From the NCBI GenBank assembly GCA_002633005.1, contig NMRA01000021.1, forward strand, positions 650,084-705,520: DNA of 55,437 bases. Reading direction: 5' to 3'. This stretch comes from Phoronis australis. Lineage: Eukaryota > Animalia > Phoronida. This document shows, in pieces, positions 12,642-23,712 of the stretch (the stretch's first letter is position 1; every line of letters starts with the position of its first letter). A program made the position numbers and the translations under genes. Below the pieces are notes generated by a model. It worked only from the letters and a program-made list of their open reading frames with translations. It ran no database searches and was not told the DNA's origin.

Positions 12642-14985
12642 TCAGCAAGGACGATTGCGAAGTTCAATGGAATTTTCACAGGGTACTGAATCCGTATGGT
12701 CCGTAACAGTGGTGGCTGACGTCCCCATTAAACGCTTCCTGTAAATTAAAACAACAAAGAACAGAACGAAAGCTGTGGAAAGAAAACTAGCAAAAAATAC
12801 AACAACAACAAAATCAACCTGAAATCCATTTGCAGATTTCGACGAAATTGTGCTTGTCCTGTCAGTCTGGCTAACTGTAGTCTCGCGTCGTCTCGCGTGA
12901 AGGAACTTTTCTGTTATTGCTTCTTTGTTGAAAGTTCTGGCTGAGCATCTGTAGTAACCATCCACAAACGCGCTTTCTGAAAAGTTGATTGCACCCCAAG
13001 ATTCGAGTCGGGTTGCATTCCTGTGAGGAAGAAATGTATTATTCTTTCCGCCAGGATCCGTAATCGTTATTCTCGGAGCCGGATCGCCACGCGATCTGCA
13101 CTCAACGACTGCAAAGCGGCCGTGTCTTATTTCTAGCTCCGGTTTGCTGGGAAGAACACAGAAAAATTTGGTCCACCGAAAGGAGTGTACAGTTGGGGAA
13201 GTTTTGACTGGAGACATGCACGTGGGAATGTCATACGTCACTCTGTGTTTACCATTATACATCCTGTGCATGACGTCAATCCATATTTGAAGCTTGATAA
13301 GTAGACAGTTACAGTGGAGTGGATTGCCAGACGCTAAGAAACCAATAAAACCATAACGCAATGGGTATAACCAGCCTATGATACTCTGTGGTAAACTTCT
13401 GAGATTGTTATGNATTCGTTTGTAGTATTTACAACGATTTTTTTCAAACTTTTTGCACGAATTGAAAGTTAATAACTTTTTGAACTCCATGTCACATCAA
13501 AAAACCGGCTTAAACGGCGTTAAGAGGTTTTTTTCTTCTATAACTCGGACCATAGGCCTTTAACGAGAATATTGTTTCATGAAGACGTTTCAAAAACGTT
13601 TGCAAAAGATTCACGTGCCCTAAGTTAGCGGTAAGGTCTAACGTCGATAGCGCTCATACAGAAAAAATGCTAGAGTTTGGGTAGACCATCCTCAAGTCAA
13701 CTGAAAGTGCACTAACAGCGATTTCACTTCCGTTCAGTATTTCTGTAATAGGATTGCCTTTTATTTTCAGTACTTTCAGTTGGTGTGGTCCCTTTAACAT
13801 AAGAGGATTCAATCTTGATATCTCGTTGTTGTGCAGGTAGAGATATTTAAGGTTTACCATATCTCCAAATGCACCTTCTTCTATGTACAGAAGGTTGTTT
13901 CCGTCCAGATTTAAGGACACCAAGCTTGATAGCCCTTCAAACATAGTCCGACTCACAGCTGTTAAACTGTTGTGACTAAGATCCAGAAAATAAACAGCAC
14001 CCAATTTACTGAACGACTTGTCTTCAATAATGCCAATTCTGTTGGAGCCCAAATTCAGTCGCTTCAGGCTACCTGTACACGTGAATGTCGATTTAGTTAT
14101 GTTCCGTAAATTGTTTTGCTTAAGTTTCAAGTATTTTAGAAAATTATTGTGGCAAAGAAAAGAAGATCGTCTTAAGAAATTTCTTGACAGGTGTAATGCA
14201 CTGAGAACCTGAAGGTGTCTAAATACATGTGTATCTAAAAACGATAATTGGTTCTCGTCCAAAGAGAGAAATTTCAAGTTAGGCAAAAAAACTGTGTCAA
14301 CATGAGAGATGACGTTTTCGTTTAACCAAAGCGTTTCCAGATTTCCTAGTCCATTCATAATATCTCCGTGGATCGCTGAAATGTTGTTTCCTCCCAGTTT
14401 AAGGGTACGCAGATTCGCCAGATTTCGAAACGTTCCATTGGCGATCCATGAGACACTGTTAAACTGTACGTCAAGATGCTCCAAAGTCAGTAAACGACTG
14501 CTGAAAAAGTTCTCAGTCAAAAACTTGAATCTGTTCCTGCCAAGATTGACCGATATAAGAAATTGGTTGTCGTTAAATAAACCACGAGGTAGCTCGCTCA
14601 GTTTGTTGTCATACAAGTCCAACGTTGTCAGGCTATACAACCCAGCAAACGACTTGCTCGTCAGATATGATATTCTATTTCCTCTTAATACCAGATATAA
14701 AAGATTCTTTAGCATGACAAAGGTACCATCTTCAATAGCTGCTATTTCGTTGAATGCGAGATTAATGACTGTGGTGTTAATACTCCCCATGAACGCATTT
14801 CGATCAATTTTGCGAATCATGCAGACTTTGAAGTCAAGAGATTCTTGGTTCAGTTTACCTGCCAATGTTTGCTGAGTCAGAACCTTGTTTTCGAAATCCT
14901 GGCAATCCCAAGCATCACACGTCCAACGGTTAAAAACAATTATTATCAGAAAAGTAGTGTTATTCATTTCGAGTCCAATGCACAT
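12642..14985 (-). pseudogene. Intronless LRR-LRRCT-Ig-TM (LIG-type) receptor gene, interrupted in this assembly
   Basis: N-terminal part has about 15 extracellular LRRs (LxxLxLxxNxI). An in-frame TGA at 13654-13656 is followed by LRR sequence ALSTLDLTAN in the same frame, then foreign sequence 13414-13622 and a single N at 13413. The C-terminal part resumes HNNLRSLP..GNPLHCNC (LRRCT), Ig domain (VECRSRGDPAPRI..DGYYRCSA), TM VVVVFFASFLSTAFVLFFVVLIY and a short tail. Candidate ATGs at 14985 and 14967. Confidence 0.8.
13414..13622. mobile_element. Non-coding insertion (probable transposon end) inside the LRR-Ig gene, cut by a contig join
   Basis: AT-rich segment with no LRR pattern, starting abruptly (minus strand TA|GGGCACGTGAATC) in the middle of an LRR and ending at the N. 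Confidence 0.5.
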
Positions 14986-16496
14986 TAAAGACAATGCACT
15001 CACACGCACAAGTTTTTGCCAGCTAGCTTCTGGTGAGTTCTGACGCGAAATCACGATTATTTTATTGGCCAGTTAGCTCTGAAAATGCTCCACCCACTGA
15101 CCAAAGAAGTAGCCGCAATGCACCTGCTCATAAAAAATCAAAAACAACAAAAATTAACTTTAGGTTGAGAGTTCTTGCCGCCTGTTTCTTTAAAACGGCT
15201 TTCTGTTTTCATTTAGATCACCTACCGTTAAGAACATGGTCTCAAATCATTCATTCGTCAAAATAAGCGCGACAGTTTGTTCTTTTCTTCATCAGACAAA
15301 CTGAAACTCAAAACGTGTCTTTGACAGAAAGCTTGTGTTTGATGCTGCTTGAAAGAGGCGATGAATCAGGGCTTTCTTTCAAGAAAACGAAAATACACTG
15401 TATCGGGTTTATGTTATCTTACCGTTACAAAAGCGGTCTCACCTTGTTCCTTACTGAAATTAGAAACGATATAGGCTTGAGGAAGACTGACAGGTCGCTA
15501 TTGCTTCAGTCATATTAAGAGACAATCCATATGCCAAATGAAGTTAGTCAAGCTCAGGTGTGTGGGAGTGAACTCATCTCATACGCTCATTAAGCCGAAG
15601 AACTGTGTTCGCGTAGGTGAAAACTGTACCTACATGTGTGCTGGGGTAGACTACATGTACAAGTCAGTCGACATGCGGAAGCTTGAAAAATGGCTTGGAC
15701 TAGTGAAAATTTCTATTCTGAATTTCCCCCAGAAATGGACCCTGAATTAGAGCATGTCGGAAAATGTTTTAAAACATGTCTAATTTTAATACTAATTGCT
15801 CGTGTTTAAATTTCAAATTGCTTCCGATAGAGCGTCCATTCAAAAGAAAAAATTGAATAAACCGGATTTAGAAAGCTTTTAATGACTTTTAAGGAAAATC
15901 TGATCAACAAGTTTCCCGTCCGCCTGCGTGGGAAACGCACATGAATTGGTTTCTTAAAAAATATATATAAATGGTCGACGAAACAATGGACTTGGTTTTT
16001 GATTGGCCGACGGGAAGGTCGATCTTGTGATCTATTTAAGGACGTCATATGCCATACATCGCCAGTGAGCTCGCCAGATGTCGCGCCCAGCCTAAAAAGT
16101 TCTCGAGAGACTTGACTTGAAGGGGCGCGTTTAAAGCTGGCGCCCACCATAATAAAATCACGCCATTTTCACAAAACTTACATTAAATTACCCGCAATTT
16201 CTCCTATGTAAGTTAAGATTACACGCTATGCTTCCAGGCTTGTATTTACAAATGTGTTCAATTAATTAAAAGCCACATACAGTGCCGTGTATAAACATTG
16301 GCTCATTTTGGGGCGGGGAGCTTTTTTCTTTTAAATTAGTTTTAAAGGGGAAGACTCATGGCCAATAGCTAAATTTATTCCAGCTTGAAGCTTGCAACTT
16401 CGGCGTGACATATAACCGTACGTGGAACTTTGAAAACTCACAAGTAATAATGTATTTGCATTAATCCCGCATAATATTTTCACTGCCCAGTTCAAT

Positions 16497-17280
16497 CTAC
16501 AGCAATCGCACAAAGGCTAATCCATCTTGTCCGTCGTCAATTGGTGGGGTTCTTTCCCCATTGGTGGGTCTGCGCAAGTCGTACGACTGTATCGCAGAGG
16601 TTAGAAACAAGAGCAGTTCCATCCTGGCCAATGATTCTCCCAAACAAATTCGTTTTCCAACAGAAAAGGGAATTGTTTGGTCAGCTAAAGCCTTATTAAA
16701 GTTTCCGTTTCCGTAAATAAACCTCTCTGCCCGGAAAGTGTGAGGTCTCAAAAATATTTTCTCGTCCATGTGAGTGCCTAGATATGAGGAACAACTAACG
16801 TTTTCTCTGGGACTGTGTACTGTTTGATTTGAACGGCAGATGTCGTTTTGCGAGGCAACTCCGACATTTTCTTCCGTATTATCCTAGAGGAGGGGCCTAT
16901 CTCCTAAATTATCTGTCCCAGTTTCCGGTTAGTGGGTACTGTGACGACACAACAGCCGCGAGATGTTGACGTGTATTTTGAACGAGAGCATGTGACTTTG
17001 ACTAGATTTTAGCTAGGTCCTAGCGTAGGTCGATCTAGCGTTAGTGATAGCAGAGCACAGATTTCGTTCTTTGAAAGTATACGGAGTTGGCGATCCATGT
17101 AATATAGTCTATGGTGCCAGCGGCAAATAATTCCATTACAAGCTTACGAACATGCGGTTCTTCAAACATAACCTTTTCAGAATTTTGAATTTGAGTCTCG
17201 GGTTTTGAGTTGACCGTGATCTCTACCTGCGTCGTCTCCGCTCTCACCTAAACATAGTCCAAAATACTAGACGAGCTCAA
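16497..17280 (-). pseudogene. Cytochrome P450 (CYP2-clan-like) pseudogene, C-terminal half
   Basis: Heme motif PFSVGKRICLGESLARMELLLFL; PERF-like FRAERF; LPRKTTSAVQIKQYTVPEKTLVV; I-helix-like MELFAAGT. Stops, a missing ExxR region and a MITE fragment near 16970-17045. Confidence 0.85.
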
Positions 17281-17294
17281 GTGATATACCTGTA

Positions 17295-18090
17295 TAGAGA
17301 ATCCTACACTCGTCTCCGGTTTATGTATGGGTGAAACCTCTTGGAGATTTCGTCAATATCCCGAGGCTTGCCGGAGGGTTTTCACGAAATTGCTCAAGAG
17401 GTTTTTGCCCATGTCATAAACCAGAGACGAGAGTAGGATTTGTTTTCTGACATGAACCGAAAAAACGATCTTTTTTGCCGATAAACTCGACGGGTCGAAA
17501 GCTTTCAACCGCATTACGCAACTTTTCTAAAGACACGCTTGCGCAACGGAAAGTAACTTCAGTTACTTTTTGTTAATAGTTTCATTTTAAACTTATAAGA
17601 AATGTAAATTGCATTTAATTTTTGTAAGAAATGTTCAAGTTAGAACCTAATAAATACTCTTTCAAGATGCAATTTTAAAGCATAACAACATTGTTTATAA
17701 ATAACAGGCAGCAGGGCTTCCCCGCGTGTGAACACTGAATTGACCTTGAGACACACATCTAGACAGTCTCGCCGCGTAGTTTCTTGAGTTGGGGTTCGTA
17801 CGTTTGAATGAACGCCGCCGAAGATGGGTCCGTTTAAGAAGTTGTTTGCATGTCCTTCCGATTCTGAGTTCGTATTGTTGCGACATTCGACTTGGCAATC
17901 CAATCATAACCTTGCCACCTTCACGGAATTAGGCATTGTTTGGTTGTTGGTTTTAGTGTGTTGCTGACGATGAAATGTAAGGCGTATGGATGTCTACTGC
18001 ACTACTTTGAGTGTGAAATATAAAAATTACGTAGACCTACTCTGTGTTATTAACTAGTAGTGACGTAACACATTCCAGGTCATGTGAGAA
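17295..18090 (-). mobile_element. Dispersed repeat of about 800 bp with a long terminal hairpin; inverted copies lie in an intron of both peptide genes
   Basis: The reverse complement aligns with 24945-25891 and 43938-44580. Positions 17300-17440 form an imperfect inverted repeat with ~65-bp arms. Confidence 0.8.
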
Positions 18091-19349
18091 AAGGGAGTCT
18101 TAACTGAATGGACCATCCTTACCTCCTTCTAATGGCAAAAGTTAAATTTCAGAGCTGCTGACTATGTAGCAGGCTACATAGAGTGTACACGTAGTATCGT
18201 ACATGCAAAAAACGTCAATGACCTTTTCGTCCTCTTCGTTTATGGTTTCGAACCATGGGCCGCTTGAGTACCTCGTCATGCGGGCAGCTGTAAAACCTGT
18301 TTACACCAGCTCCCGGGGGATGCCCCCGCGATATTCGGGAAGCGCATATTGAATGAGCGTTTTTAACTAATGTCCACAAAACAAAACCCTGATAGGCTCC
18401 GCCAATGCAAATCAATTTTTACATGACAAGAAGCATTATATTTTCTAACTTTGACTGCCTATCATCAACATCAACAGCGATATCGGGCATGAATCACAGG
18501 AAAGGGAAGTGCATGCAATTGTTTTGAAATTCGAGTCACCAACGTCGATGTATTGGATTTTCATTTCTTGTTTTTCAATAGGCCATTGAACAAAAATCAG
18601 ATTTTCGTTTTTTGATGTATATGTTAATTGGATTCGACTGATTTTGCATTTTGGACATTGAAGTTTGAATAAAAAGTCGGAATGCAACCGGCGGGGATTA
18701 GGCGTTTCAATGTATTTCAAAATACTAGGCATATTCCCAGAATTTTTAAATACTAGGAGTTGATTGAATTAAGTGCACCAAGCCTCTGTGTTCCCATATA
18801 ATCGAGAATCCCACGTGCTCTATGTTGGCAGACCCGCATTCCCAGGACTGTATACTGACAGGGCGTACAGTGTACATGTAGCATTCCTCAATTTCCAAAT
18901 ACTGGTTTACCCCCTTGGTAAGTGTTGCATTATGTTGCAGACTGCTGGCTGTGGACATTTTAGGTTATTAAAGTCACATTTCTTGTAAGATATTCAAAAT
19001 TTAAAAACCTAACCTCGTATGATTTTCACGAAATATTCAAGTGTGCTTTTTAAAACCTTTTATAATGAAAATTTAAACGTACCATCGTGCTCCAAGCGTT
19101 TACAGTCATGGTTAAGGGTTATTTTGCGCCTGATTGCCGACATGACTTAGAGTAAGACAGCATGAGTTTAAGCGGATTTTAAGGTTTGATACCCAGTCGA
19201 GTTGCCTTAACTGAACTGGTGAGAATGTAACCTTAGGATTATTTTCATGCGAAAAACGCCGATCCTGAATTAAAAGCTGATGTTTCTGAATGATAAATAT
19301 TGTCCTTTATTGAACCAGTCCTTCATCGTAACCTCTCCTGTGACTGGAG

Positions 19350-19560
19350 TCGAAACACAAGTTCTCAAATTGGGCAGAACACAGAGTGCCCCCCGAACGA
19401 ATCGCTTGGTCCACGATGACGTCCCACACTCTCGTTCGGCGCACGAAGCGATGCCACTTCTGCGCAACTTTGGTGTCCTTCGGAACACCGAGACGTTCTC
19501 CGCCTGGCTGCTGTTACTGCAGCCTCCCGAAACACATCTTTTGATCCCTCTACTAACCTT
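19350..19560 (-). mobile_element. THAP-domain relic (DNA transposon-derived, frameshifted)
   Basis: KRCVSGGCSNS..VSVF, then after a frameshift AQKWHRFVRRTR..TLCSAQFENLCFD, matching THAP C-x4-C...W...CSxHF with H lost. Confidence 0.65.
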
Positions 19561-19794
19561 CTCGACATGAAATGTACTTTGCTTTCTCTTCACTCTATAC
19601 ACTTTGTCTCTGGTCCGAACAGTATGGCGAACGACTTGGGTTCAACCCATGACGTTGTACATAATTATTATTTTTTCAATTTTTGCGTGTTTCTTTATGA
19701 GCTGTGCACTACATAAAAGCATTGAAATCAAGTAAGATATAATAATAAAATTTATTTTGAGGTACTAGAGTCATGTTGTGTACACTTTAAGACC

Positions 19795-19895
19795 GAGTAG
19801 AGGGGCTAAGAGACCTGACTCGAGGGTCACGCTGTGGGGTCCTGTAGGACTTGGACCCATGACCTTGAGAAAAGAGAGGTGGATGCACAACTCAA
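19795..19895 (-). mobile_element. Degenerate tRNA-derived SINE head at the left edge of the duplication (paralog about 38510-38610)
   Basis: In unit 2 the minus strand has a B-box GGGTTCAAATCCC followed by CCCTTGAGTCAGG..CTTAGCC; more decayed in unit 1. Confidence 0.4.
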
Positions 19896-22808
19896 TATTT
19901 ACAGGGTTGTGTTCTTTAACTTACTGAATGTTGAAAAATGGAACTTACAATAGCGATTTTTTTAACTTTCCAATTTTTTTTTTGATATCTAATACAAATA
20001 ATGCAAGTATAAAAGTTTATTTAAAATAAATCAGCTGAAGTGTTTTAAAGGCGGTTGTTTTAACAGCAATGATCTTTTATGACTTTAGTGGTGCGGAAAC
20101 TTGAAAACAGATACCGGTACACCACAGTTTTTAAAAATTTCTACCAAAACCTGAGTATACGCTTTTGCTGTTTATGGTAATATAACATGTACACCCAGTG
20201 TCACCAGTATCATCAATACTATTCAATCCTTTCCACGTACTATCACATTTTTGTGCATTTATGAAGTATGTTACATAACGGAACACTTTAACAGCCTTTG
20301 ATTACCCTTCTTCACATTTTCATTGTTCTCAGCCTGTGTGGATTTATCAATGTTATCACATCCAGTCAAGAACTTCTGTGAATTGCAAAATATCCAAACT
20401 TTCCCCTATTATTCGAAAATGTTTACCCTTCTCGGGTCTATACAGTATTTTCGGTACCTATATTCTAATCAATTGTAGTTCCCCAACTGATGTTTTCCCC
20501 TCTCAGTCTTCTTTTCCTTGCACAAAGTTCCCCCGTCTTTGCGTTCTCCTGCCATACTCGGAATGCTCTCTTTTTTATTCCAACGGTGCTTAGTAGTTAG
20601 TGTATTTGGGTGACATTCAATTTTTTTATACCGGAGGGACAGCAGTTTATGTAAATTAAATCCTGCATCAAAACTTCCATTACGTTCTCCAATAAGCCTG
20701 TATTCTATGTTTTTGTTTGTGACTTTTTAAACAAAAACCGTCTGAACCTGAGAAGCTGGAGTGAAAGACGACGAATACCCATGAGTGGGGATAAGCTTTG
20801 CTCCTATAAGCGCGTGATTGGTGGGATGCATACCCATTGTGATAACCGATGTTCATTATAATCTATTTTGCCCGGGGTACCCTACGAGCTATGTTGCATA
20901 GTAAAGTAAGACAAGGGATGTCAAATATTGTCATGTATTATGACGGAAGTAGAAAGGGTAATAAATGCAAGACTCTGCAAGATGGGCACAGGAAAAAACG
21001 TCACACGCGTGTACAAAGAAGAGTCAGTAAATCAAAATGGCGTTCTTAAGTCCACAGTCCGACAATGTTTCATGTCCGCGTAGCCACATTGATTACCGTA
21101 TAGAGACAAGAAAGCACCAAGATCCGAAGGGAGAAGGAAAAATGTCCGGGACAGTGGTAAAAACGGCACGAGCATGCCTTTGATCTAGGTTTACTTCGTG
21201 TTTTGGGCGTCAGTACTGCGTCAGTTTGAAGATAATTGATTCGTATCTATTAGCGTTAAGGCTTTGTTCTTCTCCAACCACCTTGACTTCGCGCGTGTCT
21301 GTAAATCACCTTCAGGTCATCATGTATCGAACTATCAATTGTTTCTTGGTGTATTTATATCTTTATTGTCAACACAGATACTCGATCAACAGGGTCTCGA
21401 TGACAAGCGTGAAAAACAATGTGCATACCCTTGTCGATTAAGGTTGTCGGATGACAGCGACATTGGAAACATGCCAACTAGCGACAAGCCAACTCTTAAA
21501 GCGCCAACTAAACACACTTTTCATCATTAAAACTGACTTTTGATTTAGGCCACTTACCGTTGTAAAAAATTTCAAATTGTTCCTAAGTCAAGCTGGAGGT
21601 TATATCAGGGCTGCCACACTTAAGGGCTGTTCGTTATTTGTAGCCAACAAACTCGTAGAATTTCAGGTGATGGAGTGACCTGAAATTTAATTTGATTAGT
21701 CTGGCAAAAAAACTGTCAGTCCATGATTGCATGGAATGTATTTATACGTGTATTTTCAGCTGAAAGAGAACTTAATCCTTTACTGAAAGCGTCGTCTGTT
21801 GTCAGCATTTCTTAGCTCTAGCTTTCCTCGTTGTCAGCGTAAAATCATCTTTTTTTCTTTTTAGGTTTCGTGTTAGTTCCGTTTAAAAAATAATTTGTCC
21901 TTAATGTTGTATCCATTTGTTAAAGTTGCATTTCTTCCTGTAAAGATGGCTAAAAACAAAAATCCAATTGGGTATTTTGTATTCCTTACCATGATTGGAT
22001 TCTATTTCAGTTACCAACCAGAACATAGAAATCATTGGCGACCCCCGAAGCCATTCTTGACTCAAGTTTTTCACTATTCACATAAACACAATGTAACTTG
22101 TTGTAATGAGGAGCAATGGTGTCCGGTATGCCAGCGTCTGCCCAGCAGGAGGTCTCAGTAGCTTTCTCACATTCAGATTGTTTGCTTATTCTAGTCATCG
22201 GGCCAGGGTTCACGGCAAAAAGACTCGTATTTCTTGCACAAGTACTCTTATATTTACTGTGAAAAATGATACAAAAGGTCCTCAATTGAAATAAATGAAG
22301 TTAAAAGTTGGTAACAATTAGACGTTCAGCACTTGTTCGGATTCGCAGCAAGAACATCAGTTAATCTTCATTTGTTGAAACTACCACGACCGGTAGTTCA
22401 AATCCCCGTCCTTGAGTCATACATGTAAATGGCCCAGTACGAGCTGTGGTCGAAGCGCCACCACGTAGATTAGATTCTGAAAAATGGAATAAGGTAGCCT
22501 TAAAGAATTCAGCAACAATCCTGGTTTCCGGGCCCGTACATTGTTTCTGTAAAAATTCATCACCATCGTCAAAGTGTTTGTCCATGTTTGCCTGCTGATG
22601 TAATTACAGCACTGACATCAGTATTGGACAGCGGCGCCTGCCGGTATTTAGTCAAAACACCAATCAGCACGTGCAAAAATGCTGTGTTGACAAAATGTAA
22701 ATTTCAAAACAATTTTCATCATTAACAGCCCGTGTCGCACGACGTTTTGGTTATCACGACTTTGGCCTGACCTGTCCTTCTTCCACCACCCCCCACTGCT
22801 CCATGCTC

Positions 22809-22890
22809 TTTAAAAGAGCGAGCAAAGTTTGAAGTTTCACCATTGGTCTGTCGAGGTTCTTCTACAAGAGAGGTCTTCACTAGGAACACA
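22809..22890 (+). promoter_or_regulatory. Putative TATA-like box and 5' non-coding exon of peptide gene 1
   Basis: TTTAAAAG at 22809, Inr-like CCATT about 30 bp downstream, consensus donor CA|GTAAGT at 22891; all conserved in unit 2. The ATG exon is preceded by a polypyrimidine-CAG acceptor (exon starts 23596). Confidence 0.6.
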
Positions 22891-23608
22891 GTAAGTGAAC
22901 TTCTCTTCTGCCACAATTTATGTCTAACCTTTATCGAAAGCTACTTGAAATACCACAATGGGAAAAATAACAGAGATGAGTACTTTTTTCCAGTAGATGC
23001 TTTATAGAAACATTGTTTTCCACAATTTTTCGAAAACTTAATAAAAGTTTGAAAGTTGTGGCCATAACTTTTGCTTTTTCTCGTATTATTTGTAATTACA
23101 TAGCGCAATAAAAAGAATTCATTATTTGGAATCGTCCGTCCTACCTTTTGGACTTGCTAAAGATCATACTAGTTTCAGTAAATGTTATCAAGACCAAAAA
23201 GTATAGTCGGTTCAAGTCTGCTTTTGTGTGAAAATCGATTCAGGGGTGTATTTAGTTGCTTACTTTTCACCTGAGTTGAACAAACTTGATGTGGGATTTG
23301 CTTACCGTAATTTGCATACGTCCAACTGTGTAGATTTTATGAAAATGCGAGACTGGCTGAAGTTGGAGAGCCCGGGTGTTTTGCTCAGTTTCAGTCGGCG
23401 AGCGCAGGCCTCAAAATGAGTTGCGATAGAACTAAAAATCAACTATGCTTTTTTGGCAGACGCGCTTACAGTATTCTTTAGTCGATCATTTTAATCATCA
23501 ATCATTGTCCTTGTTTTGGAGTCACAAGCTGTTGTCAATCCCAGCGTTCAAATTCAAAATTCTTAGTGTATTATTGTTTTTTTTTATTATTTCAGCTGAA
23601 TTGACATC

Positions 23609-23712
23609 ATGAACAAGGTTCTTGTAGCATGTTTATTAGTGAGTGTGCTGTCCGCTATGGTCGTAGAGAACGAAGCTTGGTGGATTCGCAGACGATTTAT
23701 ACGCAAAATCAT
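23609..23712 (+). CDS. Peptide gene 1, coding exon 1 (signal peptide + WWIRRRFIRKI)
   Basis: ATG 23609; donor AT|GTAAGT at 23713. Confidence 0.88.

Noticed and set aside
13414-13490. N-terminus MEFKKLL... of the 282-aa track ORF
   Set aside because: Derived from the inserted sequence read through an N; not part of the LRR-Ig protein.
14309-14875. 188-aa plus-strand ORF (also 1745-2170)
   Set aside because: Antisense shadows of the real minus-strand LRR and SRCR genes with no recognisable motifs.
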